A stretch of 64,000 nt of DNA. Source: Verrucomicrobiota bacterium (GTDB lineage: Bacteria; Verrucomicrobiota; Lentisphaeria; Lentisphaerales; Lentisphaeraceae). The translations under genes and the position numbers were made by a program. The notes under the pieces were generated by a model. That model was not told the origin of the DNA. It ran no database searches and saw only the letters and a list, made by a program, of their open reading frames with translations. Positions within the stretch are counted from its first letter, which is position 1; each line of letters starts with the position of its first letter. This document shows positions 29,414 through 38,264 of the stretch, one piece after another. The DNA lies in contig JBDKFG010000012.1 of NCBI GenBank assembly GCA_039798785.1, forward strand, positions 1 through 64,000. The letters are read 5' to 3'.

Positions 29414-30961
29414 ATGCGCCTTGCCGCCTGCCTTCTCGCGATCTGCTCTTGCTCGACGCCCCGGCACTGGCCCTCCGCCGCCGGACCTCAGGGCGACTGG
29501 AATATGCGGTCATCACAAAACCCGCCGCAGCACTTCAGCGTCCGCAGCGGCGAGAACATCGCCTGGAAACTCACCCTGCCGGAAGCGGGACAGAGCGGCC
29601 TCTGCATCTGGGGCGACAAGATTTTCCTGACCTGCCTCAAACCCGTGTCCGACGCTAAACCTGCCTCACTGATGGTCAAGGACATCCTCGCCCTCTGTGT
29701 CGATCGCAAAAGCGGCAGGATCCTCTGGCAGCGAGACATCCCCGGCCAGCTCGCCGGCGAAGCCATGTCCGGCTTCAGCGACCCGAGCTCGCCGACGCCG
29801 GTCTGCGACGGCCAGCGGGTCATCTTCACCAACGCCGCCGGACGCGTCGCCGCCTTCGATTTCAAAGGTGCTGCGCTCTGGGCTTTTGATTTCCAACCAG
29901 TCGAACGTCTGGACGGGGTGCACTTCCCCTTCAACAAACAAGTCGAACCGATGCTCTCCGAGGGCCTTTTTGTCCACCTCGAACCCGACTGGAAGGGCGA
30001 GGCCGGCCCGTCCGGCTGGAACCGCCTGGTCGCCTACGACGCTGCCAGCGGCGAGCGCCGCTGGTTGTCGCAGGACGCTCTCACCCATTACAACTGCCCG
30101 CAGCTCGGGCGGGGACCCGATGGCAAGCCGGCCATCCTCATCGGCCGCGGCGGCCACCACGGCGTACCGGAAAAGCCCGTCGGCTATTCACTCATCCGCC
30201 TCGCCGACGGCAAGCGCCTCTGGGCCTGGCCGGCCAAGACCGGCAACGCCCTCTACAACTCGTCGATGGGATCTGAGACTGCCTTCTGGTTCAGCGAGAC
30301 CGGCACGGTGCAGGCCCTGGACGCCGGAACAGGGGGGGAGAGCCGTCTTTACCCCCTCACCGACAAGGTTGAACTGCGCCTCTGGGACGCCGCCACTGGC
30401 CGTTACGGCCACGAGCAGGGCGTCGACCTGAAGTCGCGCAATCTCACCGTCTTTCCCGCCTGGTACAGCAACATCGTCGTCGGCGACAAGATCTTCTTCC
30501 TCTGCTTCAAGCCCGGGCGCTTCCGCCAAGGCATCGGCCCGGACTACTGCGTCGCACGTCTCGATCTGGCCAGCGGCCGTGTCGAATATCTCGAGCTTCC
30601 CACCGCCGTTGACACCAGCCTGGGCAGCCCCGTCTACCGCTGGCGCAGCGAGGCGAAGAGCGACACCCGTAACAGCCGCGGCATCGACGCCGCCCACGAC
30701 AAGCGTTCCAAGCGCGATGGATGGCATTGGAACTTCAATGGCAATCCCATCGCAGTCAATCAGCGGGTCTACTTCACTCTTATGAACGGCCTGGTCTACT
30801 GCCTCGCCACCGACACGAGCGATTTCGACGCATCCGCCCTGCTCGGCGTCAGCGATCTGGGCGCCGCTGAAGGCTGTTGGAGTCTAAACACCCCCAGCTT
30901 CGCCGAGGGCGCCCTTTATCATCGCACCGCGACAGAGCTGATCGCAATCGAGAAGCGATGA
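29414..30961 (+). CDS. PQQ-binding-like beta-propeller protein
   Basis: 'NIAWKLTLP..GQS...WGDKIFLT', repeated 'D..SG...W' blades, 'TPSFAEGALYHRT..ELIAI'. Confidence 0.85.
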   Translation: MRLAACLLAICSCSTPRHWPSAAGPQGDWNMRSSQNPPQHFSVRSGENIAWKLTLPEAGQSGLCIWGDKIFLTCLKPVSDAKPASLMVKDILALCVDRKSGRILWQRDIPGQLAGEAMSGFSDPSSPTPVCDGQRVIFTNAAGRVAAFDFKGAALWAFDFQPVERLDGVHFPFNKQVEPMLSEGLFVHLEPDWKGEAGPSGWNRLVAYDAASGERRWLSQDALTHYNCPQLGRGPDGKPAILIGRGGHHGVPEKPVGYSLIRLADGKRLWAWPAKTGNALYNSSMGSETAFWFSETGTVQALDAGTGGESRLYPLTDKVELRLWDAATGRYGHEQGVDLKSRNLTVFPAWYSNIVVGDKIFFLCFKPGRFRQGIGPDYCVARLDLASGRVEYLELPTAVDTSLGSPVYRWRSEAKSDTRNSRGIDAAHDKRSKRDGWHWNFNGNPIAVNQRVYFTLMNGLVYCLATDTSDFDASALLGVSDLGAAEGCWSLNTPSFAEGALYHRTATELIAIEKR

Positions 30962-31007
30962 ATCCGGCCGGCCTCAGAGCCGGTCTGGAATCCATTCATT
31001 CAATCAA

Positions 31008-33074
31008 TCAACGGGCAGGAGTTGCCGTCGACACCTCAAAGTGCGACGGCTCAATGGCGGCGCTGGCGCGGCCTTTAGTGAGCGATCGAAGGTCGGTGGT
31101 GTAGCGGAAAAGCGTGCACAGGGGGACGCTCGCGATGACCTTCGAGTAGTTGTCGTGCGAGATCATTTCCTGGACCTGGCCGCGGCGGCTGGAGAGGTCG
31201 CCGATGACGTCGCCGGTGTGCTCTTCGGGAGTGTCGACTTCGACGCGCATGATCGGCTCGAGGAGCTGCAGTCCCGCCTGTTCGGCGGCGCCGCGGAAGG
31301 CGATCGAGCCGGCGGCACGGAAGCAGACGTCGGTCGATTCGGTCGGGTGCGACTGGGCGCCGACGAGGGCGGCCTTGAAGTCGACCAGCGGATAGCCTTG
31401 CAGGACGCCGGTGCGGGCGGCCTCGCGGATGCCCTCGAGGGCGGCGGCTTCGAAGTCGCGCGACAGGGTGCCGGGGGCGAGGCGGGATTCGATCTTGATG
31501 CCACTGCCGCGCTCCATCGGCTCGAGCTCGAGGCGGACCATGGCGAAGAGGTTCTTGCCGAGGTTCTGGCGGACGAAGGTCTCCTCGAAGCTGGCGGCCT
31601 TGCTGATGGTTTCGCGGTAGGCGACCTGGGGCTGGCCGACGTTGGCCTTGACGCCGTATTCGCGGATGAGGCGGTCGACCTTGATTTCGAGGTGGAGTTC
31701 ACCCATGCCGGAGACGAGGAGCTGGCCGGTCTCTTCGCTGCGGGAGAGCAGGAAGGTCGGGTCTTCGTCGGCAAGGGCTTTCAAGGCGAGTTCGAGCTTG
31801 TCTTTGTCGGACTGCGATTTCGGCTCGATGACGAGCGAGATGACCGGCTCGGGGAAGCTCATGCGTTCGAGGACGACAGGGTGTTCCTTGAGACAGAGGG
31901 TGTCGCCGGTGGAGGCGAGCTTGACGCCGACGAGGACGACGATGTCGCCGGCGAAGGCCTCGGTCTTTTCCTCGTGCGAGTTGGCGTGCATCTGCAGGAT
32001 GCGGCCGATGCGCTCCTTCTTGCCGGTGCGGGGGTTTTCGAGGGCCATGCCCTTCTTCAGCGTGCCGGCGTAGACGCGGCAGTAGGCGAGGCGATCCATG
32101 AAGCTGTTGGCCTGGACCTTGAAGATGAAGGCCACTGGCGAACCCGAGTCGGAGACCGGGAAGCTGACCGGAGCGTGACTTTCCGGGCTCATGCCTTTGA
32201 CCTCGCCGCCTTCGTGGGGCGCGGGCAGGTAGGCGACGATGGCGTCGAGCAGAGCCTGGACTCCCTTGTTGCGGAAGGAAGCGCCGCAGAGGACCGGGAC
32301 CATCTTGGCGGCGATGGTGCTGCGGCGGATCGCGGCGATGATCTCGTCGTTGTCGGGCATCTCGTCGCAAAGGAATTTCTCGCCGATGGCTTCGTCCAGA
32401 TCGGCGAGCTTCTCGACGATGTTCAAGCGGGCCAGCTCGGCCTCGTCCGCGAGCTCGGCCGGAATGGCGGCGACGCGGAGGTTTTCGCCCTTCTCGCCTT
32501 CCGGGTAGACCGCTTCCATCTTGAGCAGGTCGATGTAGCCCTTGAAGCTGTCTTCGGCGCCGATCGGCAGGTGCAAGGGAACGGGGTTGGCCCCGAGCTT
32601 GCCGCTGATGTCGCGGACGACCTTGGCGAAGTCGGCACCGGTGCGGTCCATCTTGTTGACGAAGGCGATGGCGGGGACGCCGTAACGCTTGGCCTGGCGC
32701 CAGACGGTTTCCGATTGCGGCTGGACGCCGCCGACGGCGCAGTAGACGGCGATGGCGCCGTCGAGGACGCGGAGCGAACGCTCGACCTCGACCGTGAAGT
32801 CGACGTGTCCGGGGGTGTCGATGATGTTGATCTTGAAATCATTCCAGAAACAGGTAGTGGCGGCGGAGGTGATGGTGATGCCTCGTTCCTGTTCCTGCGG
32901 CATCCAGTCCATCGTGGCGTTGCCGTCGTGGACTTCGCCGAGGCGGTGGCTCTTGCCGGTGTAGAAGAGGATGCGCTCGGTGGTGGTGGTCTTGCCGGCG
33001 TCGATATGGGCCATGATGCCGATGTTGCGGACGCGGGCCAAGGGGGTTTCGCGGGAGGCGGATTCGATGCTCAC
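31008..33074 (-). CDS. fusA: Elongation factor G (orphan paralog with divergent domain IV)
   Basis: '[15 protein letters not shown]', 'RGITI', 'DTPGHVDF', 'NKMD', 'GMGELHL', 'LLEPIM'. Not flanked by rpsL/rpsG/tuf. Confidence 0.92.
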   Translation of the reverse strand: MSIESASRETPLARVRNIGIMAHIDAGKTTTTERILFYTGKSHRLGEVHDGNATMDWMPQEQERGITITSAATTCFWNDFKINIIDTPGHVDFTVEVERSLRVLDGAIAVYCAVGGVQPQSETVWRQAKRYGVPAIAFVNKMDRTGADFAKVVRDISGKLGANPVPLHLPIGAEDSFKGYIDLLKMEAVYPEGEKGENLRVAAIPAELADEAELARLNIVEKLADLDEAIGEKFLCDEMPDNDEIIAAIRRSTIAAKMVPVLCGASFRNKGVQALLDAIVAYLPAPHEGGEVKGMSPESHAPVSFPVSDSGSPVAFIFKVQANSFMDRLAYCRVYAGTLKKGMALENPRTGKKERIGRILQMHANSHEEKTEAFAGDIVVLVGVKLASTGDTLCLKEHPVVLERMSFPEPVISLVIEPKSQSDKDKLELALKALADEDPTFLLSRSEETGQLLVSGMGELHLEIKVDRLIREYGVKANVGQPQVAYRETISKAASFEETFVRQNLGKNLFAMVRLELEPMERGSGIKIESRLAPGTLSRDFEAAALEGIREAARTGVLQGYPLVDFKAALVGAQSHPTESTDVCFRAAGSIAFRGAAEQAGLQLLEPIMRVEVDTPEEHTGDVIGDLSSRRGQVQEMISHDNYSKVIASVPLCTLFRYTTDLRSLTKGRASAAIEPSHFEVSTATPAR

Positions 33075-33229
33075 GATGGGTCTCTTGCGGGTTGGGAAAT
33101 TTGCGGCCGCAATCTAGCTCGGCATTGCCGCTCTGTCCTCAGATGCGGCCGAGCAGAATTTCCTTGCTTGTCGGAGTCACCGGCGATAGATTGCTACACC
33201 CCCCTCATGCACCAGCCAGGAGATGCTCC

Positions 33230-33844
33230 ATGAACATGGTCCTTCCGCTCGTCTTTCTGTTGGCTCCGGCTCAGCCGGCGCAACCCGCTCAGCCGGCGCA
33301 ACCCGCCCAGCCGGCAATTCCGGCTCAGCCGGCGCAGCCCGCCCAGATCGGGCGTCTTGAAGGCGTCGACATTGATGAAGCGGTCGTAGTGATCCGGAAA
33401 ATCGCACGCGGCAACGGCAAGGCGATCAACATCGTCATCATGCCCGAGGCCAGAAAAGCGGTGAAAGAACTGAATGCCGACCTGCGCGGACTGAGCCCCG
33501 AAGAGGCACTGAAAACTATCGCTCAGGCCACCGGACTCGACCTGTCGCAGGACAAGTCCTCCGGCATCTGGACCCTGGCTCCGATGGATGCCGCTAAAAT
33601 GCAGCCCCGGACCTACATGGTCGCATCGGGCTTTGCCGGGATGGTGGACCCGCAAGCGAAGGCCCGCCCTTCCGCCGATAAAGTCCTTGCCTTCTGCCGA
33701 CAGCTCGGCGCGCCTCTGGAAAAAGGCAACGCCAGCTTTCTGCCGCAGCAGTCGTCCTTGACGGTCAACGGCACAAGTGCCGATCATGAAAAGGTTGAGG
33801 CCGGGCTGAAACAGCTCGGCCTCTTGCGTGAAGTCAGGAAATGA
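33230..33844 (+). CDS. Secreted protein made only of secretin N-terminal-like (STN/N3) domains with PAQ repeats
   Basis: Aligns by eye with the periplasmic region of the three secretins; RBS AGGAG. Confidence 0.6.
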   Translation: MNMVLPLVFLLAPAQPAQPAQPAQPAQPAIPAQPAQPAQIGRLEGVDIDEAVVVIRKIARGNGKAINIVIMPEARKAVKELNADLRGLSPEEALKTIAQATGLDLSQDKSSGIWTLAPMDAAKMQPRTYMVASGFAGMVDPQAKARPSADKVLAFCRQLGAPLEKGNASFLPQQSSLTVNGTSADHEKVEAGLKQLGLLREVRK

Positions 33845-34663
33845 TCAGCCCTTGCCGAAAAGCGACTTCGCCACCGCGCCGACGACATCCTTGTCAAAGT
33901 AGTTGATCTCCATGCCGGCGTCGACGATCAGGGTGCGGGCGTTGATGCCGGAGGAGCGGGGCGACAGGAGATAAGTGGCGGCATCGGCCGCCTCTTCGGT
34001 CTGCAGCGCCTTGCCGCGGGGTATGACTTTTTCGGCGAAGAGGTAGCTGTCGAGATAGCCGGGAATTCCCGCCGAAGCAGAAGTCTTGAGCAGCGACGCC
34101 CCGACGGCGTTGACCCGGATGTCGCGGGCGGCCAGGGCCTTAGCCAGGAAGACCACCGATGAGTCGAGCGCAGCCTTCACCGGCGCCATGTATCCGTAGT
34201 TTTCACTCGCCATGCGGGTGGTCGAAATCGACACCGTCACGATCGAGGCGCCGGGTTTGAATTGGCTTTCGAGTGCTTTGACGAGCGCAACGAGGGAGAA
34301 GCAGGAAATGTCCACCGCTTGCAGAAAGTCCTTGCGGACGGTGTGATGGAAGGGCTTCAATCCTTCCGAGTAGTTGGCGAATGCGACCGAGTGCAGAAGG
34401 CCATCGATGCCACCCGGTGCAATCTCCGCAATACGGGAAGCCAGCTGGTCGATGTCGTCTTGACGCTCGAGATCGCAGATCACCATAGGGCGATCTTTCA
34501 GCAACTTCGGACCGAGCTCATCGCGGCGCTTGGCGGAACGGACGGAATAAACGACTTTGGCGCCCTCTTCTTCGAGGGTTTTGGCGACGGCATAGGCGAC
34601 GGACTTGCGGTTGGCGACGCCGACGACGAGGAAGGTCTTGCCTTCGAGTTTGAGAAAGGACAT
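33845..34663 (-). CDS. fabI: Enoyl-ACP reductase
   Basis: '[10 protein letters not shown]', 'HSVAFA', 'DISCFS', 'Y..M...KAAL', 'IRVNAV'. Confidence 0.85.
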   Translation of the reverse strand: MSFLKLEGKTFLVVGVANRKSVAYAVAKTLEEEGAKVVYSVRSAKRRDELGPKLLKDRPMVICDLERQDDIDQLASRIAEIAPGGIDGLLHSVAFANYSEGLKPFHHTVRKDFLQAVDISCFSLVALVKALESQFKPGASIVTVSISTTRMASENYGYMAPVKAALDSSVVFLAKALAARDIRVNAVGASLLKTSASAGIPGYLDSYLFAEKVIPRGKALQTEEAADAATYLLSPRSSGINARTLIVDAGMEINYFDKDVVGAVAKSLFGKG

Positions 34664-34721
34664 GGGGCTCTCCTGTTGGTGCGCCCCCAAGATGCCTTCA
34701 CCCGTGAATTTGGCGAGGACG

Positions 34722-34748
34722 AAAAAAGGCGGACCCAAAGGTCCGCCT
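34722..34748 (-). terminator. Intrinsic terminator of the pilus-like operon
   Basis: Minus strand AGGCGGACC-TTTG-GGTCCGCCT followed by a T run. Confidence 0.8.
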
Positions 34749-34782
34749 CGAAATCAAAAAACCTTCACGAGATCGCAGGAGA

Positions 34783-35862
34783 TCAGGTTTTGGCCGGCGC
34801 CGCGGGCTCGGCTTTCGCCGGCGCCGCGGACTGGGCGACAGAGGACTTCGACATGTACATGTTGAAGTAGCTGAGAGTCGCAATGTAGACCAGGAAACCC
34901 GCTGCGGAGATCGCAATGAAGGAGCCGAGGATGGTGAAGATTCCCGGCAAGGTCCTCGGATCGACTTCGGCAACTTCCTCTTGAGCACGAGCGGCGCTGC
35001 GCTGAGTGCCTGCGACAGGTCCGCCTTGAGCTGCAGGGGCAGTCATCGACCCGGAGCCCGTCTTGAGCTTGAGAGTGCCGCCCTTCTTGTCATCGGCACC
35101 CGAATCCATCCGGACCGTCTCTTCGGCCTCGGCGCTAGGAGCCTTGATCTTCAAGGTACCCGACGCTGCCGGCGGAGTCGCGGTGGCGGAGGCGGTCGGA
35201 GCTTTGATCTTCAAGGTGCCCGCGGCAGGCGGGGTGACAGAGGAATCGGAGGCGGAGGGAGCCTTGATCTTCAAGGTGCCTGCGGCGGCGGATTCGGCGA
35301 CTTGCGCCTTGGTGACCTTGATCGTCCCCGACTCGGTGGAGCTAACCGGCATGTTGATCTTGAGTGTGCCGCCGGCTTGAGGAGCAGACTGCATCGGCAT
35401 CTCGACCTTGAGCGTGCCCGCTGAGGAAGCCGGAGCCTGTGCAGGAGGAACCGAGACCTTGAGCGTGCCAGCGGAAGCCGGCGGAGTGCTGACTTGAGGA
35501 ACAGAAACCTTCAAGGTGCCGGCGGAAGCAGGCGCAGGGGCCGATTCGTTGCCAGAGGGCGGACGAAGACGTATGGTCTGCGAAGCGGTGAGAATGCCCG
35601 CCAACTGCTTCTTCTTTTCCTTGATGACTTTGAGGTGGACCGTGTCGGTGTTGTTGTCGGCATCCATGGCAGCTCCGACATTCGCCTTCGGCTGAATCCG
35701 CTTCAGCTTCGAAGTGTCCGAATCACGAACATGAAGGCCGCCCTCAGGGCGGGGAATCGACTGAGTCTGGGTGTCGGCATCAGTGACGCGAGGCAAGTTG
35801 GTCGTCTCGTCGGAAACGCCCTCGGGCGCCTTGATCTTGGTTTCTTCGTTTTCGTTATTCAT
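34783..35862 (-). CDS. Low-complexity protein with nine GT(L/I)K(V/I/L) repeats and a C-terminal TM helix
   Basis: RBS GGAGG; no signal peptide; hydrophobic 'GIFTILGSFIAISAAGFLVYIATL'. Last gene of the operon. Confidence 0.8.
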   Translation of the reverse strand: MNNENEETKIKAPEGVSDETTNLPRVTDADTQTQSIPRPEGGLHVRDSDTSKLKRIQPKANVGAAMDADNNTDTVHLKVIKEKKKQLAGILTASQTIRLRPPSGNESAPAPASAGTLKVSVPQVSTPPASAGTLKVSVPPAQAPASSAGTLKVEMPMQSAPQAGGTLKINMPVSSTESGTIKVTKAQVAESAAAGTLKIKAPSASDSSVTPPAAGTLKIKAPTASATATPPAASGTLKIKAPSAEAEETVRMDSGADDKKGGTLKLKTGSGSMTAPAAQGGPVAGTQRSAARAQEEVAEVDPRTLPGIFTILGSFIAISAAGFLVYIATLSYFNMYMSKSSVAQSAAPAKAEPAAPAKT

Positions 35863-35876
35863 TATTTCCTCCGAGA

Positions 35877-38252
35877 TCAAAGACGGTTGAAGTCAGGAAT
35901 GCCTTTCAAGTTGGTGGGCCTGACGGCAATGCCGCCAGGAGTCACCAGCCGAGGAGAGACAAAGACCATGAGGTTGGTTTTCCGATGTGACTCGCCTTTG
36001 TTTTCGAAGAGGCGGCCGAGCAGCGGAATATCCCTGAGATAAGGGATACCGTCATCCACTTTTGTCACGGTCTCTTTGATCAAACCGCCAAGCATGACGG
36101 TCTCGCCGTCCCAAACCTTGACCTTGGTTTCCACCGAGCGAACTTCGAGAATCGGCATCGAGTTGCGGAAATTGATCACCGCGAGCGCATTCGGATCAAC
36201 CCCGGGAACCATGCCACCAGCCGGGTCGACAACAGAGTAGACGTCGTCAAATGTGGTGTCGTATCCGAGGAAGGCGACAATCTGGGGCTTCAATTCCATT
36301 TCAATGGTATAACCGTCCGGGTCGACCATTGGCGTGACTTCAAGAATCACGCCGACATCCTTCTTGTCCCTATACTGGGGCGTGGACGGCACGATGATCT
36401 GACCTTGGACTTCCGGCGCTTCCCATTCCGCTGGGAAGAAGTGTTCCTCGACGACGCGGATAACCGCAGTCTGACCGCTCAGCGTGGTCACTTTAGGGGC
36501 CGAGAGGACCTCGTTGGTGTCTTTTTGATCCAAGGCGCGGACCAACATCTGCAATTGCTGATGACCGAAAACGACATCAGCACCAAGCTGGGCAGGACCT
36601 TCCTCAAGGCCAAGGGATTCGACGCGACGGAGGCTGCGGATGCCCCCATCCAACTGACCGTTACCACCATTGCTACCATTGTTATTCTGACTGAAGAAGG
36701 TGTCGCCGCGGAAGGGCTTCATATCACGGCCGCCATTCGGGGATGCGGTTGGAACTGCTGCCGCGCCGCCGCCTGCACCGCCAGCCGCCACAGGCGCCGG
36801 GTTGTCGAGGGTGGGGTTTAGGGTTGAGGTGGTGTAGCGCCAGCCGAAACCCAGCTCTTTAAGGTCGTTGATGTCAACGTCGAGAATCTTGGCTTCCATC
36901 GAGACTTGAGTGGTCGGAATGTCAAGTTGACGGATGATCTCTTCAATCTTGATCAGGTTCTCGTCGGTGTTGGTAACGACGAGGCGGTTGACACCAGCGA
37001 CATAAGCTATCTTGGCACCGGGGGGGAATTCAATGTTGAACTTCTGGAAGTGGGCAGCCCAGTCGGGCTTGTCAGCGCCTTCCGGCGTGGGGACAGATTC
37101 AGCCACCGTGGAACTGACCGGGAAGTAGCGAGTCTCCATAGTATCTGTGGTCTGATTGGGGTCGCTGATGACCACGGCATGAGCTTCGATCTTGAAGCGC
37201 ATTCCGGACATTTGGGCGATGGTGCGAAGCAGCTCACCCGCCTTGATGTCCTCGAACTCCAGGGTGATGGCCTTCTGCCCGTCGCCCTGATCAAGGCTGG
37301 GTGCATTGAGGATGATGTTCAATCCGGTCTGTTCGGGGTCGAGACGCTTGCTCCTGACGTTGATATCGGCGATCACCTCTTTCAGATTGGCGCCCTCGTA
37401 TTTGACCTTCGGGAAGACGATCGAAGCGAGTTTCTCCTGGATCTTGGAAGTGACACTCTCAATATTCTGGCTGCTCAAGCCCGAAGCTTTGTTCTCGCTT
37501 GAGGAAGCGGTCACTGGAGAAGCCCACTTCCATGAGATTTCAGCGTCGATCTCCTGCATCGCGACCGTCTTGCGGTCCTTCGCAGCGGCGAGCATGGCCA
37601 AATCGTTACGGGTGCGGAGCTGAGCCGCAGCCTCATTGAACGGATCAAGAACATAGATCTCGTCGATCTTTTCTTTACACTCACCAAAGCGGCGCGCGGC
37701 GAAAAGAATCTGGGCCTGGTCGAGAAGCGGCCGGATCTTGCCATGCTGATCCTTGACTTCCGCCTTCAATCTTTGGCGATCGACTTCGGCCTCGAAGCGC
37801 TGGTCTTCCAACGCCTTCTCGACAGCCTTGATCTCGGCAGCAAGCTGCTGGCGTCCGCCAGGATCAATCTCGTTGACCAGTCGGTAGTTGACCAGTGCCT
37901 GTTCATAGAGCTCGACGGACCGTGCTTCGCGAGCCTGCTTGGCAAGCGAGGCCGCGAGTGATGAGAGGGCAATGACGCGAAGGCGATGAGCCGACTGAGT
38001 CTTCTCCGCGATTAGCCGGGAAGATCCCAAGGTTTTGTAAATCGCCTCGGCCTTCGCGACGGTGTCGACCGCTTCTTGGAAACGGCCGCTGATCTGCGCA
38101 TTCTCCGCAGTACGGACGAGCTCGTCTGCGGCGAGCTCCTGCTGCTGACGGCGGACTTCTTCATTAAGCGTGGTCTGGGCCGACTGCTGGGCGGCAAGGC
38201 TGACGGCGAAGCCGCCGGTCATGAGAGCAGTGATAAAGGATTTCGCAAACAT
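35877..38252 (-). CDS. Secretin paralog 3 (Amuc_1098-like)
   Basis: Signal peptide, TPR-like helices, N domains, 'LSAPKVTTLSGQTA', 'VGVILEVTP', 'DGETVMLGGL', 'GIPYLRDIPLLGRLF'. Confidence 0.93.
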   Translation of the reverse strand: MFAKSFITALMTGGFAVSLAAQQSAQTTLNEEVRRQQQELAADELVRTAENAQISGRFQEAVDTVAKAEAIYKTLGSSRLIAEKTQSAHRLRVIALSSLAASLAKQAREARSVELYEQALVNYRLVNEIDPGGRQQLAAEIKAVEKALEDQRFEAEVDRQRLKAEVKDQHGKIRPLLDQAQILFAARRFGECKEKIDEIYVLDPFNEAAAQLRTRNDLAMLAAAKDRKTVAMQEIDAEISWKWASPVTASSSENKASGLSSQNIESVTSKIQEKLASIVFPKVKYEGANLKEVIADINVRSKRLDPEQTGLNIILNAPSLDQGDGQKAITLEFEDIKAGELLRTIAQMSGMRFKIEAHAVVISDPNQTTDTMETRYFPVSSTVAESVPTPEGADKPDWAAHFQKFNIEFPPGAKIAYVAGVNRLVVTNTDENLIKIEEIIRQLDIPTTQVSMEAKILDVDINDLKELGFGWRYTTSTLNPTLDNPAPVAAGGAGGGAAAVPTASPNGGRDMKPFRGDTFFSQNNNGSNGGNGQLDGGIRSLRRVESLGLEEGPAQLGADVVFGHQQLQMLVRALDQKDTNEVLSAPKVTTLSGQTAVIRVVEEHFFPAEWEAPEVQGQIIVPSTPQYRDKKDVGVILEVTPMVDPDGYTIEMELKPQIVAFLGYDTTFDDVYSVVDPAGGMVPGVDPNALAVINFRNSMPILEVRSVETKVKVWDGETVMLGGLIKETVTKVDDGIPYLRDIPLLGRLFENKGESHRKTNLMVFVSPRLVTPGGIAVRPTNLKGIPDFNRL

Positions 38253-38264
38253 GTAGGCGTATCC

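Noticed and set aside
31041..33233. 730-aa plus-strand ORF
   Set aside because: Antisense shadow of fusA, typical of high-GC codon bias.
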